From contig NC_092675.1 of the NCBI RefSeq assembly GCF_964355755.1, positions 27,252,912-27,316,911 of the forward strand: a stretch of 64,000 bases of DNA, given 5' to 3'. Shown here piece after piece: positions 1 to 38,947 of the stretch. Origin of the DNA: Antedon mediterranea. Taxonomy: Eukaryota > Animalia > Echinodermata. The number at the start of each line of letters is the position of its first letter. Within the stretch, counting starts at the first letter, position 1. The translations under genes were made by a program, and so were the position numbers. A model generated the notes under the pieces. The model was not told the DNA's origin. It worked only from the letters and a program-made list of their open reading frames with translations, and searched no databases.

Positions 1-2670
1 ATGCTGACAACCAGTAGGTGTAAGTAAACAATCTTGGTGTCAAAATACTCAGAAGACCAATATTTATATTCACTGTAATGAACAAGTTTAACAAAAAATG
101 GTCAGAAATGCCTGTTTTGACCTTTGACCCTAAATTTGGATTATCTCAATATCTCATCAACGACTGGCCGTAGAGACTTCAAAGTTGTCCCAAATTATTC
201 AGAATGCCCAACTTTCTATTCACTTTAATGAAAAAAAAAACCAAATTCCTTTAGAAACCTTCTATTTTGACCTTTGAACTATTGACCTAGACATATTTTA
301 ATTTTATAGACATCTTAGTGATCGATAGGAGTACACAAGCAAAATTGGTGTCAAAATACTCAGAAGACCCATATTTATATTCATTATAATGGAAAAGTTT
401 TTAAAAAAATGACCGAAAATGCATGTTTTGAACTTTGACCCTAAATTTGCATTATCTCAATATCTCATCAACGACTGGCCGTAGAGACTTCAAATTTGTC
501 CCAAATTATTCGGAATGCCCAACTTTCTATTCACTTTAATGAAAGAAAAATACAAAATTCCTTGAAAAACCTTCTATTTTGACCTTTGAACCCTTGATCT
601 GGTCATATTTTATACCAAAATTGTATAGAAATCTTGGTGATCGATAGGAATACATAAGGGAATTTGGTGTCAAAATACTCAAAAACACCCATGTTTCTGT
701 TTACTCTTATAGAAATAATGTACTAAATGCGATTGAAAGTGTTTTGACCTTTGACCTTAATCATCATCATACCTGTATAAACCGACAATATAGCCCGTGC
801 TCTCCAGAGGGAGGGCTTAGATGCAAAAAGTTAAATTTAAGTTGACATAAAGATAGACAGAATCTAACAATTCATCAGTATGGCCATTGCCATGAGAGGT
901 AAAATTCATTCCAAATTGCTCAGATGCTAAACAAACAAACCAAGCCCCAATTTTAAACTATATATATGATACATTTTACTGTCTGTTTGGGCTTTAGCCT
1001 GTTTTCCCTTTTTTTATTCATTAGTAACGAAACAAATTTTATTATTTATTTAGTCTTGAAATATTAAGGTTAGAAATTAGTCCTCCAAAAAATGCCACGC
1101 CTTCTCTATATGGCTAATGTCCATGTTTAAACTTTGGAGCTACACCAATTCTGAAATGTTTCCTCATCGGCAGTGCCATTTAATATATAGCAGAGACCAC
1201 TACTGGTTGATTTGACACACACTTATTGGTAAAATTGGGTTTTTTTTCAATTGAGCTGCACTATTACATTTCTTTGTGTATATAGGTCTGGAGTACATAA
1301 TTCATCTAACATTTTTTAAATTGTCTAAAATTGCACACTGTACATAGTCACACACCCAACCATTTATCAAGGTCTCAGTCTAAGTCTCATTTTAGGCTCT
1401 AGTCATACCCATGCAATTTAATTTTAAACGAATTATTGCATTTATCTTTAAAATGTGAACATTTTTCTCTGTTTTTTTTTTTCTAATCAAAATTCTCTAA
1501 AAATCGAAAATACTTCAGGACTATATGATGGTTAATAAAATAAGGGCATGAAAATCTGTTGAAGACCATAACAACTTTACAGTGACAATTTCTTTATAAT
1601 CCATCTTGATAGATTTGTAAGAGTTTCATATTGTATTTTATTATTTAGGTGATTTGTCAAATGACACATTGTGACCCTTTGATACCTGAAATTATGGCCT
1701 CATATCTATATTGATGAATATTATTATTCGTCCATCGGACATTTTTTCTAGGCTGTTTCAGATAAATTTGGCATCTCATGGCATGATGAATGGTATGATA
1801 TGTCCATCATGCTATTTGGGGCTTAAATTATTAAATTATAATGTAGTGATTAAAGTCAAAGGTAAAAAAAATGGGTGTTTTGGAATATTTTGACAACAAA
1901 TTCGCTTATGTATTCCTATCGATCACCAAGATTTCTTTATAATTATGATATAAAATATTGTATTGGCCAGATCAATAGTTCAAATGGCAAAATAGGTGGT
2001 TTCTAAAGGCTTTTAGTATTTTTCTTTAACTACAGTGAATAGAGAGTTGGGCACACTGCTTAATTTAGGACAATTTTGAAGTCTACGGCCAGCAGTTGAT
2101 GCGGTATTGAGATAACCCAAATTTAGGGTCAAAGTTATAAATTTTGAAACCTATTTTGTATCCTATCGATCACCAAGATGTCTATAAAAATAAATATGCC
2201 TACGTCAATAGTTCAAAGGTCAAAATAGAAGGTTTCTAAAGGTTTTTGGTATTTTTCTTTCATTAAAGTAAATAGAAAGTTGGACATTTTGAATAATTTG
2301 GGACAATTTTGAACTCTCTACGGCCAGTCGTTGATGAGATATTGAGATAATCCAAATTTATGGTCAAAGGTCAAAACAGGCATTTCCGGTCATTTTTTTT
2401 AAAACTTCTTTATTACAGTGAATATAAATATTGGTCTTCTGAGTATTTTGACACCAAAATTGTTTACTTACACCTACTGGTTGTCAAAATATGGTAAATA
2501 ATGTTAAGATGGCCGCCATTTTGAAAAATGGCCCAATCAGGTTGAAGCACACCGGGGAAACCCGGGGACTTTTAGTATGTTGTTCCAGACAACATTAGGG
2601 ACCTATCCTGAAAAATTAAACCCATCTTGAAACACACTGGAAAACCCACAACCTAAAGTTTGAGCCATAT
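1..2670. mobile_element. Foldback-type non-autonomous DNA element with long modular inverted arms (left end outside window)
   Basis: 1-~760 is the reverse complement of ~1850-2487; arms are built of ~310-bp subrepeats (ttggtgtcaaaatactc near 34, 345, 664). Right end approximate. Confidence 0.75.
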
Positions 2671-2807
2671 AACCAATGTTCAAAGAGGGACTCACAAACC
2701 ATAACAGGTTTATAGAGTCTAAAGGTCAAGGTAAATCAAGGAAAATAACATATGATTATAATGGAATAATGTTTTGAATTTACTCAGGCTAATAAAGAAA
2801 TAATTTC

Positions 2808-2899
2808 ATAGGCCTATACATGGCTGCAGTCGCGTGCACAAATTTGAGTTATTGTTTACCCACCGACCGACATAGTGAGCTAGAGGCACGCGACTAAAA
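2808..2899 (-). mobile_element. Short Helentron-associated (HINE-like) relic
   Basis: agtcgcgtgc...ccgaccgacatagtga...cacgcgactaaaa, the same motifs as 56262-56999; a further end fragment lies at 7728-7767. Confidence 0.55.
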
Positions 2900-3096
2900 C
2901 GGGAATTTGTTTTATCTAAATTGAAAAAAAGTAGCAACGACTAGGTACAAACGATTTAACACATCAATTAAATCATTTATAAAATGTCTTTTTATTTGAA
3001 AAAAAAATATTAAAATAATTCCGATTTAAAAAGTATAGGCCTACCAACAATTTTTTTTATGTTAAGAACAATAGAACTAACAATAACATATGATTA

Positions 3097-4262
3097 TCTA
3101 TATATAAATTATGGTTAATTCTGACATAGGCGAGCACAATGCAAAAACTTCGGTATCTCCGCTTTGGATACCTACTTTATCTATCTCAGATGTACCGCGA
3201 AACGTAGATTTGATACCATTAGTTTTTACATCGACGCTATTGTTCCATATTTCTATCTTAGGAAGATATTATAAAGGGTTTTATAAGAAATTTTCTGATT
3301 TCAATCGGTAAATTTTAACTCTACGCGCGGTAGAAGTAATTTCCGGGTTCACGGAAGGTGTTGGTTTCAACCAGGGAGTTGTAAAACAACTACCTGTTTC
3401 AACTAAGTTGGCCGTTGGTGCTTGGTGGCGATAGCCATTTTGTTTTTTTTGTTTTTTATTTTCGGACCGCGCGTGTGAAGGTATAGTAGTACATAAAGAT
3501 CAAATTAAATACATTCATGAAACATAGGAGTAAATTGTGGGAAATAATTATATAAAATTACATTACATCGAGAGAATTGATGATAAGAGCTTTTGTTTTG
3601 AAATCGAATGAAACCCCGATAGCCGAGTTGTTGAGTAAGCTGCCAGGACTTTATGTATAGGCCTACTGTGCGCTATGTGTCCCGTCCGGACTTCTGCCCA
3701 TGTTGCAAGCCGTCTAAATGTCTTCCTTCTTAGGCCACTGTGTCGCGGAATAATGTATTAATTATACCAATTATGATGGTATTTATTTGAATAGACGCCC
3801 GGAACACCCCCCCCCCCCCCAATAAAACATCAGTTAAAATAATTATCTCGCTACTCAGCCCACCCCCCCCCCCCCCTCCTCTACCCCAAATACATCTAAT
3901 AAACGCCCATCCACATTTATACACACAATATTTCATTATATTTATAACACAATTATACACTATTTAGTAGATTTCTTCGGACTGTTTTACAATTTACCAA
4001 GCATTTGCTATTCTTTTTACCACTTTTCATATCTACAATAAACACTATACGCATAAAACGCTATTAATCATCTAAGACATTTAGGTTAGTGAGTACGTTT
4101 AGTCTTACGAATATCAAAAGCATTTAAATAATGGTAACCGACCGAAATTGTCCAGGCCAGAATGTCCTTCTAAAATTGTTTGCGTCCCGAGACATTATCA
4201 TTCCGATAACCATCGTCTACACTTCCTAGAGGGGGAGCGAGCGAAGCGAGCTCACTCTCTAG
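3097..4262 (+). mobile_element. Non-autonomous Helitron
   Basis: 5' A|TCTATATATA; 3' hairpin gagcgagc-gaagcga-gctcactc then CTAG|T; no TSD; removing it restores a local repeat unit (catatgatta|taaatggaat). Confidence 0.8.
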
Positions 4263-4694
4263 TAAATGGAATTTAGCCTACATGATATTATAATGGAATA
4301 GGAATTTTGGTTTTATTTAAATGAAAAAAAAACAAAGGACCAGGTACAAATGAGGGTACCTCGAAACAGACTTCACATAATAATGTTACACTTTCACTTA
4401 CAATACTGTTGCGAATCTCTCCTAAATGTCATTGTCATGTCACTCTCTCTGCCCTGTCCACAATTGTGGCTGTGTGTGAACTATTTGGAACTCCCTACTC
4501 ATTTCGAAAAATTATCTTGGTTATTTAAAGTGGACACGAACATTTGTGTACACCTCACTTTTTTGTAAGAAAGATTTCTTGTTTGGTATTTAAATTTGAA
4601 ATAGATAAGTCAAGGACCCGGAACGTGGAGGTTATAAACAACAATACACATTATGATTATAATGAAAACAGGGACTTATGTGTTTTTTATTTAA

Positions 4695-7159
4695 AGATGT
4701 ATTGTCCCCCTGAAAAAATTTTTTTTTTCGATATTTTTGTTGATTAGGCCATTTTAATTGCACATAAAAGTTATTCACTTTGACCTCAATTTGGATTGAA
4801 AAAAATAATTGTTTACACGGGAAAATCGCAATTTAATGCAAAAATTAACCAACCGGAAGCTATTTGTCTGGAAGACAAATGTGTTCCGGTTTAATTTAAC
4901 CCTTGACCTGAGTTAGCTCATAAATATTCATATTGTATGGATACATCGTGTGGATGATGACGCTTTCCAAATCAACAGCCAACAACGATAATAGCAATGC
5001 CATGCGTGCGAGAGAGTCGAGTAGTGATGCGAGACGAATCTTGAAGAAAACACGAAAACTATAGCTAGCAGAATGCTAAGTTAGAATTACAGTTGGTAAC
5101 TTTGATGTTGAATCTTATTCATTTAGGTGAGTTTTTGTTTCGCTAACAGGAGAGGCCTAGCTAGGCCCGAATTTGCTGCTACTGTACTACTAGTCTACTA
5201 CTACTACTACAAGCACTGACAGTCTCGAGTAGCCTAACTGCTGCCTACTTCTGTCTCTAGCCTAGAAGTAGAGTGTAGTAGGCCTAGGCAGTACACTGCT
5301 AGCTAGGGCTACAGTAGACCACCACCAGAAGGGATGTATTTTTGTTTTAATCACGATGAATTGGTTTAATTTTTAAAGATTTCCACTATCTATTCGGCAG
5401 TGAAAATTAAAAAAAAAAGAAAATCTAAATATTGTTTTGGATGTTTTACTGATGCAATATTTTAAAAATATTTTCTGTATCAAATGCAATAGGTTCAAAT
5501 TAACATTCCGCAAATAAACATTTTATGCAGATATTTTGACACAAATTTCTTTTTTTTTTTAGGTTGATTGATTGAACAATAAGAGCAAGTAGTGAGAAAC
5601 ATAAAATGTATCGTACAGTGGCAACATTCACAATTTATTGAAACGTTTCTTACTATTAAAATGACTCTTTGTAATGGATGTGAGCGATCTTAGAAGACTA
5701 TAGCTGTCGTAATTACTGCCACAATCAACACATTGATAATTAGTAGACAAATTGACACAAAAAACAATACAGGAATTCAATAAGATATACTGTATATATA
5801 TATTTTATTAACTACTTTTGCACTGTAATATTTACAGTAAAATTATGAAGTGTAAGTAAATTTGAAGAATTTATCCTGTGTACTGTTGTAGTAGTTCTTT
5901 TTATTTATTGAATGTTATGTTTACAAAATAATATACTGTACATAATTATAATACAAAAAAAATTATACAATATTTTACAAGCTGGACAAGAACATATTGG
6001 CCGAATGCAGCAGGAGAGTCAGAAATATTTTTCCTGCAATATCCAATCATATTCCAATACCGAGTCTATCATTGTTGTCTTTGGGTGACCTCTGTTCCAG
6101 TCTTCATCAGCTCAACGTCTTTAAAAAAAGTAAAAGCAAAGTATGAAAATCTGGAAAAAATAGATCATGCATATTTAGTGCAAAATTGGGCTAGTGAAAT
6201 TGCTTACTTTGACATAGTCAAATAAGTATACTACCTTTCTATGGTAATTAAAACACATTACTTATAATTTTATAACTTATAAAAATAGAAAATAAATATT
6301 TGACTTACTACAGTACAGCGAACATTTGTTTGTGTTGTAAAATGGCTAAGCTGGCTTTTCCCCTCTGTCTACTTGTACAGTGCTGCTGGAAGGTTCTCAA
6401 TTTCAGGCTTGTATTGCAACCATTTTCCCTGAAAAATGTTTGTTTTATTTTTATCATAAAAATTAGTTAAACAAGCTTCAACTGTAAATATATATGGTAC
6501 AGCAAGCTGGCTGTATTTTCGGAATGTAGCTAAGATTGATGGCATATAGCCTAGGCCAGTCTATGAAGAGTACAATGTATAGGGCCTAGCTGGGCATCTT
6601 CTGCAGGGACCCGATTGTCACAGTCTGCTTGCTACTAGCCTAGTAATATATGCAGCAGCATGTATTAATTATTCTAGGCCTAGCCCTGAACTGAAAAAAT
6701 CCCAGGCTAAGTTAATTAATTTACCTTCCTGTTATTATTGCGTTATATATATTATTATATTTAAAATAACCGTCTAGGCCTACATACCGACAAATTAACA
6801 GCTCAGATTTACATATTTATACGATCAGCCATCCCAGGGAAACCCACAGTCGCGTCGATCTCTGGTGGTGTTGTTGTACCATACAACGTGCATCGTCCAT
6901 TGTTAGATCAGATCTCTGCTGTGTGGATGCTCATTAACATATCATGCATATGTATGAGTTAGCTCTACCGGCCTAATTTCTGAGCCGATGAGTTCGAAAA
7001 AATGGTAAATTTATTTTGATTTTTTTATAAGCGAAATCAATATTTTTTTCGGATTTTTTTTCGGTGGAAGTGAATAACTTTATGTTAACTACAAAACGGT
7101 CTATTCAAAATTTGATTTTTTTCATCTTTATTTTTCATTTTTTGGGGGACAATACATCT
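4695..7159. mobile_element. Kolobok-like DNA transposon, deletion derivative
   Basis: TTAA TSD on both sides; TIR agatgtattgtccccc / gggggacaatacatct (RR...YY termini). Confidence 0.85.
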
Positions 7160-7773
7160 TTAAATGGAGAAAGAGAAGTAATCAAGGACCAATATGGAGA
7201 AATAACAATAACGTGATGATTATAATGAAAAAAAAGAGTTGTTTTATTATTTAAATGGTGTGAGAAGTAGCAAGGACCCGAAACGTGGAGGTCAACACTG
7301 TGATTGTAATTGAATAAGAGAGATAAGTAGGGGCGTTCACATCGAACTATGTCTAGATGAAGTGGATTTAACAATTTTCTATTAACTGGACTAACCTTGA
7401 CAAATCCCGTTCTTTGGTACAATTATGTCTAGTTAATTCAATTTCATTAAAACCTGGTATTGGAGATTTTTTTAAATTTTTTTATGTAAAAAACTCATCT
7501 CTTTCTTTTATTTTTTCTGTATGTTATTTACTTTTAACTTGTGATTACCAACAATTGGTCTTACCTTTGTAGCTATTTTGACAGTCCACAAACGTTAGGT
7601 CGATGAATATTTTAATTAGTTAATAGAAAATTAATCCACTTCCATTTGCTTCAAAAGTCTCATGACTTGTGATTATGAGCTTTATATAGCAATAAAATAT
7701 AGTTTTTGTTTCTATTAAAAGAGGAATGACAAGGCCATATACATGGTTGCAGTCGCGTGCGCAAATTAAAGTA

Positions 7774-9510
7774 AACATAGGCAACTTTCTTGATGCATGC
7801 ACCAAGTATGGAGTCTCAAAATCAGATTCGTTCCAAACAGTAGATCTTGTTGAGAATCAAAATATGACCCAGGTAAGACCGGCGTCGTTTTCCAAAATAT
7901 AGAATATAGAAAATAAAAATAAAATAGACCAGGCCTACATCAAATATGTGAAAAGTTCTAACTTGGAAAAACTCAACATCAAAGATAAAAAACCAACCAC
8001 GTTTATTAGACTTGGTATAGTGGCCCTGAACAATGAGAAAATATATAGTGAAATTTAACTTTGTTTCACCACTTTAAAAAAACAATTCTAATTATAATTG
8101 AAATCATAGGTTGTCAACGGGGTAGAAGCACTTGCAAAGCTTGCCGGGACGCGATTTTTTTTTTCGTACATAAGTTGGGGACCCCATCATGAAACGTCAC
8201 AAAATAAACATGAATAATTCATCAGTTAAATTTTCTTGTTCCGTGTGCACCCAAGCGTATAGCAACAAGAAGTGATTACACAAGTGCGGTACGATTCTAG
8301 GCCTATCTCCGCTGTGGTTGCCGCGTGCGATTTCATAATAGAATAGCGGAGTTTTGTGTGGATTGTCGAAATAATCAGCCTTTAGTTTATGGTGTTTTTA
8401 ATATAGTTTATTACTAAAGAATTACGTGTTAAAATTATAGTTTCTATTGATACTATTAGGCCTAATTACTAGTCTCTAAACCCCTGTATATTCTAGTAGT
8501 AGCTGTGTGGGTGTGTCTGACTTGTGTCTTTGGGCTATGTCATGTCCAATTACTACTTAGTTTAATGTTTTGCCTAGCTGTCGATTAGCCTCGACACATT
8601 TTGCATAGTGGACGTGTGTGTGAAGAAGAGTGCGCGAAGGCAATCACGTGAATTGACCTAGAATCCTAGGCCTATTATTGTAGAAAGAATCGTATCGCAG
8701 TTGTTGTTCCGTGTGCACCCAAGCGTTCTTGGACATAGCCCAAAGAAAGCTTAGACCCACAAGAATAAAGAATGTGTTTAATTTGTGTACTGTATTTTTT
8801 TAATTCTGCTATCAATTATCAAACAATATGCAATGTACTCAAAGGAACTTTAAAAATGCGCGTATATGAACACATGAGATGGGAAGATTTGACCCACGAG
8901 AATAAAAAATGTATTTTTGTGTAATGTTTATTGTTTAATTTTGCTGACTTATTACTCGGATTGTGTCATACCAAAGATAGTGTAACTATTACCAAAGATA
9001 GTGTACGGTATAATATAGTGTAACTATCTTTTTGGTCATACCTAACACACACACACGTCACACACATCCACACAGCAACTACTAGAATAGACATGGGTTT
9101 AGAGACTAATAATTAGGCCTAATAGTATTAATAGAAACTATAATTTTAACACGTATTTCTTTAGTAATAAATTATATTAAAAACACCATAAACTTACTAA
9201 AGGCCGATTATTTCGACAATCCACACAAAACGCCGCTATTCTTCAACAGCGGAGATAGGCCTAGAATCGTACCGCACTTGTGTAATCACTTCTTGTTGCT
9301 ATACGCTTGGGTGCACACGGAACAAGAAAATTTAACTGATGAATTATTCATGTTTATTTTGTGACGTTTCATGAGGGGGTCCCCAACTTATGTACGAAAA
9401 AAAAAATCGCTGCCGGGACGCGTAGTCATGCCGGTTTATAATGTGATGGAAAACGGAATAGGAATCACTACGAATCACTACGAACAAACAGTTGGATGAA
9501 GGCAACAAGT
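7774..9510 (+). pseudogene. Disrupted myophilin-like paralog (relics of exons 4 and 5)
   Basis: 7774-7872 NIGNFLDACTKYGVSKSDSFQTVDLVENQNMTQ|gtaaga lacks its in-frame acceptor and first two codons. 8110 onward reads VVNGVEALAKLAG, is split by a 1.26-kb TE, resumes at 9420 as TRSHAGL* and ends in a frameshifted KQLDEG remnant. Confidence 0.85.
8151..9410. mobile_element. Mutator-like/foldback non-autonomous element
   Basis: ~365-bp TIRs with G...C termini; exact 9-bp TSD tgccgggac (8142-8150, 9411-9419). Confidence 0.9.
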
Positions 9511-9678
9511 ATCACACATGCTTACTAAATGAAATTAAATTTGGTGGTGGTAGGTCTAGGCACAATATTGTTGTGGAAATTGTTGAAACTATAATGTACT
9601 TCCAAACATTATCTTTAGATTGAATTCAAAACAAAAGAAATATTTAATAAAAGGTTGATCGTGTATCGTCCTCATCTA

Positions 9679-9984
9679 TTATTTATTTTTATTTTATGTC
9701 TTTAGGCAATGTGGCCAAGGATTACCAATAGTGAATTAATCACTGTCCTATCAGATAGGTGGTAATCCCCCTGATACAGGGGCTATTGTGTGAACCAGTT
9801 CACCGGGGTACACACAGGTTATAACTGTGTACACTGGACCTAAGGTTTATAGTCCTTATCCGAGAAGACTTGTTCCACCACCAGAACTAGGAGCGAGTCG
9901 GCCTCGAACCCTTGCCGATGTTGTTGTTGGCTCTTTAGGTACGGTAAACGGCGCCCCTGCCTTAACCGCTCGGCCATATTCATC
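9679..9984 (-). mobile_element. tRNA-derived SINE
   Basis: A box TGGCCGAGCGG (9966-9976), B box GGTTCGAGGCC (9901-9911), core gtcttctcggataaggactataaacc resembling V-domain SINE cores, A-rich tail. Confidence 0.8.
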
Positions 9985-11308
9985 ATTGTGATTTATTGTG
10001 TTTATTTGGCTTGTACAAAATACATACACCTATATGTCTACATATTACTCAATATGACATACGTTCATAGACAAAATTCAACACTGTGTACACATTAAAT
10101 ACCAACTTCGCGCGAATTCATCTTACATTGTAATAATATTTTTTTTTACATACCGCCACCAACGGGTGTTTTGAACCAAACCAGTTCTCTATGTATGGCC
10201 ATCTCTGGCCGCATTATAACTCTTGTTTGAACTCAGGTGTAGTTATGACACGCCTTGTTATGCTAAAATGTTTTCTTTTTACGAGTAATAAGCCGCATCA
10301 CCGTCTCAACTCCGACTTAACGTTTGTATTCTTCATTCATCTAAAACAAGCGCAATAAGATTTTGAATTATACATTGATTCAATTAGACATAAACCGATG
10401 AGTGAAACCAATCAAAAATAGCATTTTAGAGGTATAATCAAGGGAGACAACCACTATGACATTTTTTGGTCCAATACACTCTCATGACAAACCCATATAG
10501 TACTCGTTGCCAAAAGACATAGACGGGAGGAGAGTTGTAAATAATGTAACATAGCCTAAGCATTTTATCATTATTTTGAAAAATAACATGTTAGGCCTAT
10601 GTATGGGAAGAAGACGATGAACCAATCGAAAACTCCAAGAGATAATTGGGTGCATCTAAAAATACTTTTATTAATCCATATTATAAAACGAAATACGACA
10701 ATTGAGTCATTGTAGGCTATAAAATACAAAAATTATGCCTATTACAAAAATAATACTTTGTAACGACGTAACTATTCTGAAATGTAGAGACGTGACCTGG
10801 CATTGCAGGACTAGGTCAATAATGACGTATTGAAGTATACAATATGCAAACAGAAATCAATACCTTTAGGTCATTATTAATAATAGATCAGCCTACTTCC
10901 GATTGAACTTCCTGAAAGTAACAAGTATGGCATGCTGCTCAAACCGCCCTATTATTCATAATGTATTGTTTATAAATCCTAACACAGTATGATTGTTTTA
11001 TATAATACCATGTTCAAATTTCGTATTTAGAATACTGTAGGATTGGGCGTCAACCAAAATATCAACCCCGAGTGGATAATAATAATAATACTGTAACAAA
11101 AATAGTAGTGGTTTTACCGTCTATTTGACGCGCCATACCTTTTGTATGGCCTTGTGTTGAGTGTTAATTGTTAAAGGATAATAAAAGTAATATTGAATAG
11201 GAAATCGTCGCATATTAAACCAGAACTGCTATAATAGTAGTTGGGAAAACATAATCATTAATAATATATTTAATTATCACAATCAAGCAAAGACTACATA
11301 TAACCATC

Positions 11309-35972
<24,664 letters not shown>

Positions 35973-38600
35973 ACTGATTGCATTGCTCACTGATTGTTAA
36001 GCAAGTTTTATAGTAACAGTTGTCATCATTCTTTTTATTGTACTTTTTTTTTCCTTATTAAGCAACCAACATGGAATAGTCAATTCAAAACATAAATGTT
36101 GTTTACCATTGTGTAATTATCATCAAAAAATCATTAAAATATTAATAGTTTTTATTTAAAAAATTGGTTGGTTGTACTGTATCACAAAAACAAAAGGCCT
36201 CTGTAAATTAATATAAATTATAAACAAAAATACATTTTTTTTTTAATCACAAGAATTAAGAATGTTTTAGTAGTAATGAAATTAGTGTTTAGTATACTAA
36301 ATTCATTTATTATAAATGGTTAGGGAGATATGGTATGGAGATAAAAAATAACTAAATAAATAAAGATGATTTAGATTTATAGCAAAAAATGTTCATCTAA
36401 TTATATTGCTTTACTACAGGTATCACTCTGTTAATATTCATAGAATTACATTACTTGTATTGTTTCTTTTTAAAACATAAAATGTGTTTAACATACAAAA
36501 TAAAATTGAAATGCTGAACAGACCTTGACGGAACTCATCCTTTTATTTCATATATCAGTCATTTGCATAAGAAACATCTTATTAAATTTGCAACTTTTCA
36601 TATCAATCTATATTTTGCATAGATGTGATGCGACGAACTAGAGAAATAACTAGGCAACAAAGATACGAACAGGACAGGGAATCTTTGAAATGTCTGCTAT
36701 ATCTGTTAATGCAGATATCAAAACAGCTTCAAAAAGGCATAGCTGATTGAGAATACAGGCCTATTTGATAGTAACTATGTCCGAGTTGTCTCTCTAGTTT
36801 TATAAATAATACCTCTATGATATTTTGTAATATTTTTCTGTTTTATTCACCACACAAAATAACTCTCCCAAACAACACCTTTGAATTTTGACCTGTTTCG
36901 TAATGTTTTAGAATTTGTGTGTGATAAACTTGAATCATTCTATTTTTCAAATTAAGTTTGAAAGTATAATATGGAAAATTGTGAAATGACATCCAAAAGA
37001 AAAGTATCTTTTGATTAAATTATCCATCGTCTAAATTTGGAATATTCATTTACAGAAATGTCATGGTCATGTGAATTACTTATATTTTTGTTTGTTTATC
37101 TGTTTACGAGGGACATAAAAGAAAAGTAGTCATTGTGCTAAATAGTTGAAATAATAAATACTAAATTAGCTTTCAAACTATTTTTCTATAAATGTTTTTT
37201 ATTTTGCTCTGGCCTTTTTAACTTTGACCATTCATTTCATGCAAGCAATGATGCCAAATAATAATGAAAAATGACCAAACCTTCAACAATGTTTTGAGGT
37301 AACTTGTATCATGATAACTAAATATGTAAAAAAAGGGCACTTTTTTTCAAAAAAATGTCAAACATTTTATTGTGTGATAATACTGTATTCGCATAGCACA
37401 TAGACTGCGTTTATACCGTCTTACAGAGCCATAGTAAATGATTATGTCAAAAAATAAAAGGGTTGAATATTTGTCAATTTTTTGGAAAATTTCCCTGTCC
37501 TATAGTACAGGTATTTTTTAAAAAAAATGTTGACTTTTTAAATTAATTAAAACTTTCCAATTATTATGCAATAATTTGCATAGCGCATATATAATGTACT
37601 AGCGCGTTATTGCCCTCATACAGAGCCATAATAAAAAATTATGCCAAAAAATAAAAGGGTTGGACTTTGGTTATTTTTTTGTCTGTGTAGTATATTATTA
37701 CAGCTGGGATTGGCAAAATAGCAAAAAAAGGTAACAATTTCCCTGAACTATAATAATATTGCATCATATCATCTTTATAGACGTAGTGAAACTAATAGAA
37801 TATAGTAACCATAACATTTTAATAAATCATGTAAAAATTGCCAAAATAATAAACTTTCAAAATTCTTATTCTTACTTTTGTAAAGAAATGGCAAGAGGAC
37901 AGAGTAGTCCTAGAGGGTGTGGTCCAGGTTTTTTTTTTCATTTTTCATATCGAATATGACAATCAAATAGTTTTTGATTAGGAAATAAAATATGATGAAC
38001 GTTCTTTAATTAAAACATTATTATATTATTCACAGAAGAAAGTGTATTCAAAGATTACAGAAAATTGTAAAGTAGACATATTGGGTGTGGTTCTTGCTTT
38101 TTATTACAGCATTACGTCAAGCTAACAGATATTAATATATATCATATATAATCGATAATCGATATAACTATTATTAATTATATATATGTATTGATATAGT
38201 ATTTTTTTGATATGCATATGTTAACTTTAATACAAATTCACCACATTATGTGTACATCTTCGTATTTAGGAAATAGCATGAAATTAAATGGACCATTTAT
38301 TAAAAGCAAATTATACATTTACTGTACACACATTTTACTGTATTAAAAATAGAATTTGTAATGGAATGTCTGTAAAAGAACACTTAAAATAAATAGCACA
38401 TTTCAAAGCTATCAATATTATATAACAATCAATATTACCAACAGCGCCATGCAAACTGGGATCTTTCATCTTAAGGATTGCAAGACCCCAAACTTGTAAT
38501 TGAAATTTGGACCAGCCTAAAAGGGCCCTGTCCGGTTTCCAGCTCTAAATCTGTGCCACTGTACATTGGGATACCATAATATTAATCATATATACATTAA

Positions 38601-38947
38601 AGATGTATTGTCCCCTTGAAAAAATAATTCTTAAAACAATGTTTGTTGAAAATTCCATTTTTAATGTAACATAATAGTTATCCACTTTGACCAAAAATTG
38701 GATCGAAAAAATATGTATTTACCTGAAAAAATGTAATTCAAAGCAAAAAATGTTCAAATTGGCTGCCAGCCAATGGATTTTTGGTTGAATTTTAACGTTT
38801 ATTTCGTCATTTTATAAGTTAAAACAAGATTTTTTTTCGTTTTTTTTTCTATTGAAGTGATTAACTTTATGAAAACTACAAAATAACATATTCAAAGTCT
38901 GATTTAATTAATCTTCATTTTTCATGTTTTTGAGGGACAATACATCT
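38601..38947. mobile_element. Kolobok-like MITE
   Basis: TTAA|agatgtattgtcccc...gggacaatacatct|TTAA. Confidence 0.85.

Noticed and set aside
4695-7159. piggyBac assignment for the TTAA elements
   Set aside because: Termini are AG...CT rather than the CC(C/T)...(A/G)GG of piggyBac; this fits Kolobok.
9890-9984. tRNA genes here, at ~16100-16145 and at ~53660-53731
   Set aside because: A/B boxes are present in part, but there is no complete cloverleaf; these are SINE heads or fragments.
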